This document shows positions 26,631-35,282 of a DNA stretch of 64,000 nucleotides, one piece after another; the stretch's first letter is position 1; each line of letters starts with the position of its first letter. The stretch is from Vulcanimicrobiota bacterium (GTDB lineage: Bacteria; Vulcanimicrobiota; Vulcanimicrobiia; Eremiobacterales; Eremiobacteraceae): NCBI GenBank assembly GCA_963806005.1, contig CAWDWJ010000008.1, forward strand, positions 276,531 to 340,530, given 5' to 3'. Both the position numbers and the translations under genes were made by a program. A model generated the notes under the pieces. It searched no databases. It saw only the letters and a list, made by a program, of their open reading frames with translations, and was not told the DNA's origin.

Positions 26631-26800
26631 GCGCACGGCATTTGTACGGCAATCCCGCCCCAACACCAGCAACTCTCTGCAACTTACTGCAACATTCTGC
26701 AACGTGCGAACACAGATGCTATCTGGCGGAGCTCGATTTCATCAGGGTCCGGGAATTGATTCGCATGTAAGAGGCCAGGAGTTCGAGTCCCCTCATCCCC
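26631..26800 (+). repeat. att-like repeat E: arm (26631-26759) + degenerate tRNA-Ala 3' half (26760-26800)
   Basis: Core has CAGGGG to CAGGAG and CATCTCC to CATCCCC changes, then diverges. Arm is intact with four heptamers. Confidence 0.85.
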
Positions 26801-26902
26801 GTCATCCCAAGCCTTTGTGACGATAAGTTCTCGCGCTGCGCTCAATGCGAACTTGTTTTGCTATAGTGAGCTTAGTGTAGGTGGAGTTGGTATCCACTAC
26901 CA

Positions 26903-27376
26903 CTAGCGCGTCCACGAGCTCTCCCAGACGCGGGAGAGCAGTCGTTTGAGCTGGGAGAAATCCTTGGGCCCAAGCTCAGCGCTCCATTCGTGCTCTATGT
27001 CGCCGAGGATATCGTGGACCCTTGAGTATGCGGCGCGTCCACGCTTGGTAAAGCGGACAATTCGCGCGCGGCCTTCGTTCGGCGCGTTGGACCGGGTAAT
27101 ATATCCGAGATCTTCGAGGCTCCGAAGTAGTTGGTTCATGGCTTGTTTGCTCATACCGGCCCGCTCGGCGAGCGTGCCCGGACGAACTCCATCCGGACCA
27201 GGAAATTGCAGCACCGCCATATGCGGCACACGCAGCTCTGCGAATCCTGCGGCGTTGAGCTCGCTGATAATGCGGCGGTGTATCGCCTGGGCGGGCACGC
27301 GCAGCAAAGCCCCGATAAGCATATCCTTTGCATTGAGCGATGGACTCAATGCTGCTGGATCCTTGATGGAACCCAT
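26903..27376 (-). CDS. MarR-family transcriptional regulator (module 6 cargo)
   Basis: Winged-helix pattern GVRPGTLAERAGMSKQAMNQLLRSLEDLGYITR. Confidence 0.85.
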   Translation of the reverse strand: MGSIKDPAALSPSLNAKDMLIGALLRVPAQAIHRRIISELNAAGFAELRVPHMAVLQFPGPDGVRPGTLAERAGMSKQAMNQLLRSLEDLGYITRSNAPNEGRARIVRFTKRGRAAYSRVHDILGDIEHEWSAELGPKDFSQLKRLLSRVWESSWTR

Positions 27377-27382
27377 TCGGGG

Positions 27383-27865
27383 CTATGCTTGAGGATGTGG
27401 CGGAGCCGGCGTGAGGCCGTGGCGGAGCATGATCTCGGTCATCTTCGCTCGGTCTGGCGGCCCCCCGGCCGCTGCCTTAATCACGTCGGCGCTTTCGCGG
27501 AAATACTGCGGGCCCAGTACGGCCGGCGTGATAACGCAGAGAGCCTTTACGTCCTGACTGCCATTGTTGTCGAACCGGTGAATGGCGCCGCGCGGAATGC
27601 AGAGCGCCTGGCCCGGCCCGACGTCGATCTGCTCTCCGTCAACGGTCCAGGTCAGCACCCCACTAATACCATAGATCGTTTCCTCGTAGTGGTCGTGGCT
27701 ATGCGCGGGGGCCTCCAGACGTTGCGATCCCGGGACAAAGAGCTCGAAGGCTGCGACGCTGCCATTCGAGTTGTCCCTGGTGAGCAAGAAGCGCACCGTG
27801 AGCGGTCCGAGGCTAATGGTTTCGTCGGAAGGATTGATCTGGAGGTCGATGGTCTGCTGCGTCAT
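27383..27865 (-). CDS. cupin-domain protein (module 6 cargo)
   Basis: AHSHDHYEETIYGISGVL and IPRGAIHRF cupin motifs. 6-nt gap to marR, so a probable operon. Confidence 0.8.
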   Translation of the reverse strand: MTQQTIDLQINPSDETISLGPLTVRFLLTRDNSNGSVAAFELFVPGSQRLEAPAHSHDHYEETIYGISGVLTWTVDGEQIDVGPGQALCIPRGAIHRFDNNGSQDVKALCVITPAVLGPQYFRESADVIKAAAGGPPDRAKMTEIMLRHGLTPAPPHPQA

Positions 27866-28012
27866 GGGCGTTTCTCCTTCTGGTAAATTTACTTTACTTG
27901 ATTATTGTAAACGCCATTTACTAAAATGTCAAGACTCAAGGGTGGACCCGACTATCCCAGGGCTTCCGCGAAGTGAAAGCTTGCCTCGAACTTGGGAGCT
28001 GCGGACGGCTAG

Positions 28013-28184
28013 CCGTACTGCAATTGTACGGCAATTGCTCCGTAACACCAGCAACGTTCTGCAACTTACTGCAACATTCTGCAACGAGCGCACGCCCGTG
28101 CTATCTGAAAAAGCTCGATTTCATCAAGGTCGCGTAATTGATTCGCATGTAAGAGGCCAGGGGTTCGAGTCCCCTCATCTCCAC
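28013..28184 (+). repeat. att-like repeat F: arm (28013-28141) + tRNA-Ala 3' half (28142-28184)
   Basis: Core 43/43 identical to the tRNA; arm contains GCAATTGTACGGCAATTGC and the heptamer block. Confidence 0.9.
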
Positions 28185-28610
28185 AAATTGAACTTGTATC
28201 ACCGGCGCAGATTGGTCAGCAAACGGTCAGCAACCTAGGCTCGAGCGAGCACGTTGGTTTTCGGAGCCCTTGGCTTATTGGGTTCGTTGCCCTGTGGAAA
28301 ATGCTGACTTCTACATGGTCCATGTTAGTGCAAGTCGATGACCATGCTGAGTTCTCGCTTAGGCTCTCGCGGCGATCTGGCTGCGCAAATGAGAACTATT
28401 GCAGAACTGGCAGGCCAACTTCCCGCTTCCAACCCCGCCGCTGACCTCTACAGCCTCCATTAGCGCAGACATCCACGTCTCAATTATAGCCCTAGAGTGT
28501 TCAGCGCCTCATCGAATCGGACACCGCCCTGGCGCCAATTCACAATCAAGCCCTTGATGATTGCATCGGGTAAACGTCCAATGCCGATTGCCCTCATCGA
28601 CTCGGTGTGC

Positions 28611-29261
28611 TCAGAACCCGTCGCCCGGCATTTGTTGCCAGCACCATTGCGCGTAAATGGCCTTTGGAGCGACAACCGGTCCGCGCACTTCGTCCGAAAT
28701 GGTGTCGACATACTCAATCGGGGTATGGTTTATCATGGCAAAATGGCTTGGGTCGCATACGGTACGCCGATATCTGATAAATGAGACGGCGCTTTCCACG
28801 TGGACGATCGTCGGAATATCGTTGAGCTGCGCGGTCATCGTCAAATCTCGTCTGTCCATGATGGACAGTATCACAGATCCTTGGCGTTGCGATAGAGCGA
28901 TCCCGGCTAACGATCCGATCGGCGCGACGATCCTGAGTGCAAACCTCGGATTCAGCCAATGATACTCGACACTGGTCACCTCGCCCTGGCAGGTCGGTTC
29001 GTTGAAGTTGATGTTAATCAGACCTGCCCGAGTTTCACCTAGATAGCTGCCACTGACCCCCTCCTTCCAAATTTTCACGGGCGCTTCACCGGCGATGGCA
29101 GCGATGGTCGACTGAACCGCTTGTTCGCACTCAACGCTCACCGGCTCAGCGTCACGCATCGTTGTGTTCGGAGAGATGGATGGCCCATACGGCCCAGAGC
29201 CGGCCGTCAGGGCAAGCGACACGAGAACGACGAGGATTAACAATGGGAGCGCATGCTTCAC
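28611..29261 (-). CDS. hypothetical secreted protein (module 7 cargo)
   Basis: Signal peptide MKHALPLLILVVLVSLALTAG. No family recognised. Lower-G+C stretch. Confidence 0.6.
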   Translation of the reverse strand: MKHALPLLILVVLVSLALTAGSGPYGPSISPNTTMRDAEPVSVECEQAVQSTIAAIAGEAPVKIWKEGVSGSYLGETRAGLININFNEPTCQGEVTSVEYHWLNPRFALRIVAPIGSLAGIALSQRQGSVILSIMDRRDLTMTAQLNDIPTIVHVESAVSFIRYRRTVCDPSHFAMINHTPIEYVDTISDEVRGPVVAPKAIYAQWCWQQMPGDGF

Positions 29262-29314
29262 GGGTCGCCATTTCGTTTCCGACCACGTGGTTTGCCTCCC
29301 GCGGCTGAGCTAAC

Positions 29315-31600
29315 CTACGCGACTCCGTCGCTGCGCTTTTCAATAAACAACTGCCGGAAGACAGTGACCTTCAAGAAATCTAGTGGCACCAACAACACAG
29401 CGACCCCCACGAAAAGCGCGAGCACAATAGACAACGGCAGCGGCGCCATGGCAACGCCATAGACCGCCAAGACAGAGACAGCCACAATGTCGGCAAGTGT
29501 GGTAAACAGCACCCATCGGCTGGGGCGCGATGCGTAAAGATGATCGCGCTCTCTAACCAAATAGATCGTGGCCTGTCCCGTGTATATCATCGCCAGAAAC
29601 GTTAGTGTTTGCAGCCGTGGCAGGTCGAGCGCCCATTCGCGCTTGCCAACGAAGTACGCCACAAGGGTGAAAGCCGTCCACGCGAGCGCAAGAGGCAGAG
29701 CGCCTGCAAGCAGAGTTGGTATGTTCCAACGGTTGGGGGTACGGGAAATGCGCACGCGATCCTTGGCTAATGACAACGTGACGAAGTCGTTGGCGAAGAG
29801 CATGAATATCATGAGTCGCGGAGTCAAGAGCATAACACCGCCGAGAAAGAAGAACCCAGATGACAACAGCAAGGCCGCGTGGAGCGCCTTCACCATTTTG
29901 TTCAGTGTCCACGTCAACAGGCGTTGAAAGACGGCCCGCCCGGTATCAACAGCGCTGACAGTACCAGCAAGCCCGGGCTCAGTCAGCACCAGACCTGCGG
30001 CGGACTTGGCAATGTCCGTTGCCGAAGCAACTGCCACGCCCACATCTGCTTGGCGTAAGGATGGGGCGTCGTTGACACCGTCGCCGGTCATGCCAACGAC
30101 ATGTGCGTCGCGCTGCAGCGCTTTGATAATCCGCAGTTTGTCTTCCGGATAGATGCCTGCATCAAACTCGTGAATATCGAGCTGGGCCGCGACTGTTCGT
30201 GCGGTCGCTTCCGTATCCCCCGTCAACATGCGCACGTCGATGCCGCGCTCTCGAAGGTTGCGAACAACTGAGTTTGCATCAGCGCGTACAGTGTCGGAAA
30301 AAGCGACCAGTCCGGCCAGCTGCAATTTTTCGCCCGATCCAGCCGCAACCGCCAGGATCCGCGCTCCGGACGAAGCGAGGCGTGTAACATCAGCCTCGAT
30401 GTCGCGTTCAGGGGCAGCCAACTGAGCAACTATCGTTGGAGCGCCTTTGACGATTGTGAGGACGCCCTGAGTAGTCCGGACTTGAGCCTGCGATCGCTTC
30501 GTTAGAGGGTCGAATGGCTGAAAGTCCACCCGTGTGCCGAGCGAACGGCCCGTGCCTGCAACGTCGAGAATGGCGATGTCAAATGGGTCCCGCGTGCCTG
30601 GGTCACATGCGCAGGCAGCAAGCGCAGAAACGTCCTCCGCAGCGTACGGCGGATATGCCACGATTTCGCACACGCGAAGGCGGTTCTCTGTGATGGTCCC
30701 CGTTTTGTCAGTGCACAATTCATCCATTGTCGCAGCCTGGTCGACCGCCGATAGCCGTGTGACAAGCACGCCTTTGTTGGCAAGGTCGAGGGCCGCGAGC
30801 GCAGTCGTTAACGTAAAGACGGCAGGAAGCGCGACCGGCACGGCTGTGACAAGTAAGATGAGCACAAAAGGGAACATCGCAGCCAACGGCAACCCTTTTG
30901 CCGCGGCGTATGCGAATAGCGCTCCGACCAGCACGGCATCGAAGAGCACCAAATACCGGACGACCGCGGAGACAACCGCATCCATTTGTCGTGGTTCCGT
31001 GGCTTCATGAACCAGCTCTGCGGTTTTCCCAAAGCGCGTCGACATGCCCGTTGCGACAACCGTGCCCGCCGCCTCGCCGCGGGTCACTATCGATCCCGAG
31101 TACACGGGGTCCCCAGCGGCGCGCTCGAGCGGAATCGATTCACCCGTCAGCGCCGACTGGTCGACGGTCATGTTGCCGCTGAAGATTTCCGCGTCTGCGG
31201 GAACAAAGTCACCCATTCGCAGGTACACGGCGTCGCCCGGCACAATCGCCTCGGCTCCAATCGATTGCCATTGACCATCGCGCAGAACGCGCGCGGTGAC
31301 CTGCAACCGCCGGCGGAGCAGCTCGAGTGCTCGCTGCGCCCGATCTTCCTGCGAAAAGCTCAAAAAGGCGTTGAATACCAGAAGTGCGGCTATGATCGCG
31401 CTTTCCAGCGGCCTGCGGCGCAAGACCTCAAGGATGATGCTCGCCTCAAGCATCCACGGTACCGGACCCCAAAGCTTAAGCGCGAACCTAATAAGAGGCG
31501 TGGAAGGGGGTCGCGGTATTTCGTTTGAGCCAAACCTATTGAGGCGATCAAGCGCTTCACTTTTGGTCAAACCTTGGTTCTGCTGCGGCGCAAGGTGCAT
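29315..31600 (-). CDS. cation-translocating P-type ATPase, type IIIA (H+-ATPase)-like (module 7 cargo)
   Basis: Phosphorylation motif CTDKTGTITENRL, hinge GMTGDGVNDAPSLRQADVGVAV, N-terminal GLTKSEALDRLNRFGSNEI. The subtype is judged only from motif resemblance. Confidence 0.8.
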   Translation of the reverse strand: MHLAPQQNQGLTKSEALDRLNRFGSNEIPRPPSTPLIRFALKLWGPVPWMLEASIILEVLRRRPLESAIIAALLVFNAFLSFSQEDRAQRALELLRRRLQVTARVLRDGQWQSIGAEAIVPGDAVYLRMGDFVPADAEIFSGNMTVDQSALTGESIPLERAAGDPVYSGSIVTRGEAAGTVVATGMSTRFGKTAELVHEATEPRQMDAVVSAVVRYLVLFDAVLVGALFAYAAAKGLPLAAMFPFVLILLVTAVPVALPAVFTLTTALAALDLANKGVLVTRLSAVDQAATMDELCTDKTGTITENRLRVCEIVAYPPYAAEDVSALAACACDPGTRDPFDIAILDVAGTGRSLGTRVDFQPFDPLTKRSQAQVRTTQGVLTIVKGAPTIVAQLAAPERDIEADVTRLASSGARILAVAAGSGEKLQLAGLVAFSDTVRADANSVVRNLRERGIDVRMLTGDTEATARTVAAQLDIHEFDAGIYPEDKLRIIKALQRDAHVVGMTGDGVNDAPSLRQADVGVAVASATDIAKSAAGLVLTEPGLAGTVSAVDTGRAVFQRLLTWTLNKMVKALHAALLLSSGFFFLGGVMLLTPRLMIFMLFANDFVTLSLAKDRVRISRTPNRWNIPTLLAGALPLALAWTAFTLVAYFVGKREWALDLPRLQTLTFLAMIYTGQATIYLVRERDHLYASRPSRWVLFTTLADIVAVSVLAVYGVAMAPLPLSIVLALFVGVAVLLVPLDFLKVTVFRQLFIEKRSDGVA

Positions 31601-31919
31601 GAGCGTTATCTGGCCCGCGAAGTCAGATCCGTCGTGGAATTCTCCTCGCTAAGCCTGCCGGACGTCCTCGAGATGTTCGCGTTCAAGCGCTTACGTGTGC
31701 GCGGGGCGTAGAGACAAGCACGTTAGCAACTCCCGGTATAGATTACGCTCATACACGGCACTGTCGCGATCACTAGCGATCAGGTGTGCGCGGATAAGGA
31801 ATTTTCGCGGCATGTCATCCAACGGGTCACCTTCAATCATTTCTCTCGCAAGAGCGCCAGCGACCGGAGCATCACCTCTTTTTAGCGCATCGTCAGCCAA
31901 TCAACGCTCAGCGTCCCTT

Positions 31920-32810
31920 CTAGTGCCTCCCAGCCGCGCGAGCTGGCACTGATCGCAGGTATCTGATCAGTGCGGCAATCTCGATATCCGTCATCTGCGC
32001 GGTGTACGGCCACGGCATGAAAGTACTTATGGTCGTGGCGTCTGGCCGCTTACCCACCCGCAACGCACGTACGATCTCCGCATCGCTCCATCGGCCGATG
32101 CCGGTCGGCGTGATATTCTGAGCCTTTGGATAATCAGGCGGCACGCCTGGAATCGGTCCACCCGAGAGGCCCGCACCGTGGCAGCCAATGCAGCCGCCGA
32201 CCTGCGCCATGTAATGGCCATACTCAACGGTGACTGCCGGCGGCATTGTGGCAACGTGCGCCATCGAATGATCAATCACGGAAGCAGCCGGCGGTGGCAA
32301 TAAGCCAGCTCCCAACAAGATGCGGCCGAGGGGACGGACGTCGGACGCAGGTAGCTGACTATTTTCCGGCGGTACGCTTTTCACATAGGCGATGATGTCC
32401 GCGAGATCAGCATCTGAAAGGTGGGAGAAGGCGTCCGACGGCATCACCAGCAGCGCACGACCGTCCGGCGCGACACCATCGCGAATCGCGCGCGCGAGGT
32501 CCGCATCGCTCAAGCTCGAGCCGATTCCTCCCGCGCCACGCGTCAGGTTCGGCGCCACAATCCGAAATGGCGGCACATCGAGAAAGACCTTGCCGCTTAA
32601 ACCTGCGCTATGACAGTCGGAGCATTTCGCAATAGCGAATGCAAGATGCCGGCCGCGCGCAATACTTGCCGCGTCGGTCGGAACGGTGAGCGTCTCCGCG
32701 GCGACGGAATAGGTCCTATTAAGCTTCGCGCTGCCTACAAGGTACAACGCGCCGACGACGACGATGACAAGAACAACGAGGGCGAGAATTATCCGCAATA
32801 CCCACCGCAT
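31920..32810 (-). CDS. membrane-anchored dihaem cytochrome c (module 7 cargo)
   Basis: N-terminal TM helix and two CxxCH motifs (CSDCH, CIGCH). Confidence 0.8.
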   Translation of the reverse strand: MRWVLRIILALVVLVIVVVGALYLVGSAKLNRTYSVAAETLTVPTDAASIARGRHLAFAIAKCSDCHSAGLSGKVFLDVPPFRIVAPNLTRGAGGIGSSLSDADLARAIRDGVAPDGRALLVMPSDAFSHLSDADLADIIAYVKSVPPENSQLPASDVRPLGRILLGAGLLPPPAASVIDHSMAHVATMPPAVTVEYGHYMAQVGGCIGCHGAGLSGGPIPGVPPDYPKAQNITPTGIGRWSDAEIVRALRVGKRPDATTISTFMPWPYTAQMTDIEIAALIRYLRSVPARAAGRH

Positions 32811-32989
32811 CGAGAGCCCTCCGGTCGTCAGGGACGTTAGACGGTGTTCAGCGCCTTCCTGGCCGTTTGCGCGCTAATCCAAGTCAGGCTCTAACCAGAG
32901 GCGGTTTATTACGCTGGGCTTAGGATCGCAGGCGCGTCAGCTCGCGACCCGAACTGCTGGCAAGACATAGCCGGGCAGTAGTGCCTCGC

Positions 32990-33163
32990 GCACTGCAAAT
33001 TGTACGGCAATTGCTCCATCATACCAGCAACTTTCTGCAACTTACTGCAACACTCTGCAACAGGCAAACACCCGTGCTATCTAGCAAAGCTCGATTTCAT
33101 CAGGGTCCTGGAATTAGTTCGCATGTAAGAGGCCAGGGGTTCGAGTCCCCTCATCTCCACCAC
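32990..33163 (+). repeat. att-like repeat G: arm (32990-33117) + tRNA-Ala 3' half (33118-33163)
   Basis: Core identical to the tRNA through CCACCAC (46 bp). Heptamer block at 33025-33061. Confidence 0.9.
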
Positions 33164-33199
33164 GCGTATTGCATGACAGGCATGTAGCGATCAGACCAT

Positions 33200-34633
33200 T
33201 CACTCGGTGATTCCCTTGATCCAGTCAATGATGAGGTCCGGATAACCGGGAACCATGTACCACCAAAAGAATGGGTCGTGTTCCCCAGGCGCGATGTGGA
33301 GTATGTGCGGGGCATTCGGCAGAATGATTGCCTCCACGCTTGCATTGCCGTTCCCATGTGTAAGGCTCTCGATCGCACGAATGCTAGGTTCGATCGCTGA
33401 AAGTTCGTCGCGCTGGCCGTAGACCAAAAGGACCGGAACGCTGACGTTTTTCCAGTACGTCCGTGAGTCGTAGTTGGCCACTAGGGGATACCAGGACCAC
33501 AGCCAGCTCGAGCGCGGGGGAATACCGAGCCATGAAAACCATGGCTCATGCTCATCACGCCGCATAGCCGCTTGGAGCTCGGGATATCCTTGTCTGGTTC
33601 GCGCAACGGTAATGAACTGTGAGTAGAGTGTGAACGCCGCCTCACCAGTTTTCCCCGTCCAGCCGCTGTCGCGCAACTCATTGTGAACACGGAATAGATC
33701 CTGTTCGTATGTGTGACTGGCATTGCTGTCGGCGGCGACGATAAAAGCAACGTCACGAGTTTGCGAGGCGATCAAGGGTGAAATGAAGCCGCCTTGACTG
33801 TGGCCCCAAATCCCAATCTTTGACGGGTCAATGTCAGCTCGCGCCTTTAAGAGGTGGATCGCGGCTATCGCATCGTCAGCCAGCACCGGATAACCGACCG
33901 TGCGCCAATCGCCGCCCGATTCCCCCGACCCCCGCTGATCGTAAATAAGCGCCGCAACGCTGCGGCGTGCTAGCCGATCGGCAATGAAGCGATTGGTGCC
34001 CCACCGTGTCTCGAACCCGGAACCTTGGAGGAGCACAACCGCCGGATGCCGGCCTGGCGTGTTCGGAACGTATAGAGATCCGGCCAAAGTCACGACGCCG
34101 CTCTTAAAGCGAATATCCTCCGAAGTGTAGGGGAAGTCAGGAGCGTTGGATCGCTTGACTGTAAACGTCCCCGATCCCATATCTCCGGTGAACTCTCCCG
34201 TGATGGTATCAGCAGCAAGGGTCCCAGAGAAAGTGGTTCCGCCTGAGTCGCCCGCGAGGTCGAATTTGATTGTGTGATTGCTAAGAGTGACTGAGTTGAG
34301 CGGATACTCAAGTACTGCTTGGGATGCAGATGAGAATCGGCCCGAATAGCCGCCTGTGCGATTTCGCTCAAACGAAAAGCTCACGGGAAGCATGGCCCCA
34401 CGTTCGGTGAGCCAGGTGCTCCAATATCCTACCAGGCCACTATCAGAGCTTCCGATGGAAACGCGCTCGCCGGGCCGCGAATAGATCGTGTCGCCGGCGG
34501 ACGTGGTGGCCAAGGGAGTCGTCGCCGTCGGTTGGGATCCGGATTTGGCGCTGGGTGTTGATCTGACGCCACACCCGAGTGAGCATGCAATCAGGATCGA
34601 GAGCATCCACGGTCTGAATCGAACGATCTTCAT
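33200..34633 (-). CDS. alpha/beta hydrolase lipoprotein (S9/dienelactone-hydrolase-like)
   Basis: Lipobox LIACSLGC; HPAVVLLQGSG; nucleophile elbow GHSQGG. Confidence 0.75.
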   Translation of the reverse strand: MKIVRFRPWMLSILIACSLGCGVRSTPSAKSGSQPTATTPLATTSAGDTIYSRPGERVSIGSSDSGLVGYWSTWLTERGAMLPVSFSFERNRTGGYSGRFSSASQAVLEYPLNSVTLSNHTIKFDLAGDSGGTTFSGTLAADTITGEFTGDMGSGTFTVKRSNAPDFPYTSEDIRFKSGVVTLAGSLYVPNTPGRHPAVVLLQGSGFETRWGTNRFIADRLARRSVAALIYDQRGSGESGGDWRTVGYPVLADDAIAAIHLLKARADIDPSKIGIWGHSQGGFISPLIASQTRDVAFIVAADSNASHTYEQDLFRVHNELRDSGWTGKTGEAAFTLYSQFITVARTRQGYPELQAAMRRDEHEPWFSWLGIPPRSSWLWSWYPLVANYDSRTYWKNVSVPVLLVYGQRDELSAIEPSIRAIESLTHGNGNASVEAIILPNAPHILHIAPGEHDPFFWWYMVPGYPDLIIDWIKGITE

Positions 34634-34711
34634 GACGGTGCGCTCTTTTTGGGTTTCAAATATCGTCGGTCCGCACTCTCACCGTACATGTTGCGCCCGC
34701 CGTGTCACTTC

Positions 34712-35182
34712 TCATTGCTTGATGAAGTTTACTGTGAACGGTGCAACGCCGCTTACCTGAAAGATCGTACCGCCCTTGGCCGTTACCCAGTGACGTACAT
34801 AGGCCGGAATGACGACGTAAGAACCTGGTCCGAGTGCGGTTGTCTTGGACCGATCCATCGTGTCGCCAACGCCGAACATAACTGTGCCGCTCAAAATGGT
34901 AAGGCGCTCAGTATCTGGATGCCAGTGCAATGGTATTGTATACCCATCGGGTAACTTCAGGCGCATCGTGTACGGTGATCCGGCCTTCTTAGGATCGCCA
35001 TCCATTATCGCAACCTGTACGTTCGGCAGCTGCTTAGATGGCATCCATTTTATGTCATTTGGTGTCACCATCTTTGCGGCATTGGCCTGACCTGAGATCT
35101 CCGTCGTACTTGCCAAAGCAATCGTAAACAGGCTCATCGTAATTACCGCGGCCAGAAACACCGCAAACACTAACTTCTGCAT
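34712..35182 (-). CDS. secreted cupin-domain protein, paralog of 19545-20015
   Basis: Start MQKLVFAVFLAAVITMSLF (CAT at 35180-35182). Near-collinear with the module 3 cupin, including its 5' leader. Confidence 0.8.
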   Translation of the reverse strand: MQKLVFAVFLAAVITMSLFTIALASTTEISGQANAAKMVTPNDIKWMPSKQLPNVQVAIMDGDPKKAGSPYTMRLKLPDGYTIPLHWHPDTERLTILSGTVMFGVGDTMDRSKTTALGPGSYVVIPAYVRHWVTAKGGTIFQVSGVAPFTVNFIKQ

Positions 35183-35243
35183 GATACCCTCCCTGTCGCG
35201 GTTGGCGGTGGGGTCTAGGTTCACACGCACAATACCGATGAAC

Positions 35244-35282
35244 CGTGCGGCAATCCCGCCATAACACCAGCAACTTCTGCAG
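35244..35282 (+). repeat. truncated arm remnant H (no tRNA core)
   Basis: CGTGCGGCAATCCCGCCATAACACCAGCAACTTCTGCAG matches the gene-proximal start of arms B-G, then breaks off inside the heptamer block. Confidence 0.6.

Larger units (their letters stand above)
14158..33163 (+). mobile_element. tandem array of seven tRNA-Ala-anchored modules, each closed by a copy of the tRNA 3' half
   Basis: Modules: M1 14158-16221, M2 16222-19365, M3 19366-20254, M4 20255-23509, M5 23510-26800, M6 26801-28184, M7 28185-33163. A decayed M8 runs 33164 to about 35283. Composition looks AT-richer than the flanks by eye (not computed). No recombinase ORF recognised. Confidence 0.6.

Noticed and set aside
28484-28597. 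37-aa ORF (MRAIGIGRLPDAIIKGLIVNWRQGGVRFDEALNTLGL) just downstream of 28611-29261.
   Set aside because: It is short, has no convincing RBS and no recognisable family. It was left unannotated.
31691-31900. 69-aa ORF in the gap between the cytochrome c and the P-type ATPase genes.
   Set aside because: No RBS or family signal is visible. It could be a gene remnant, but I cannot support a call.
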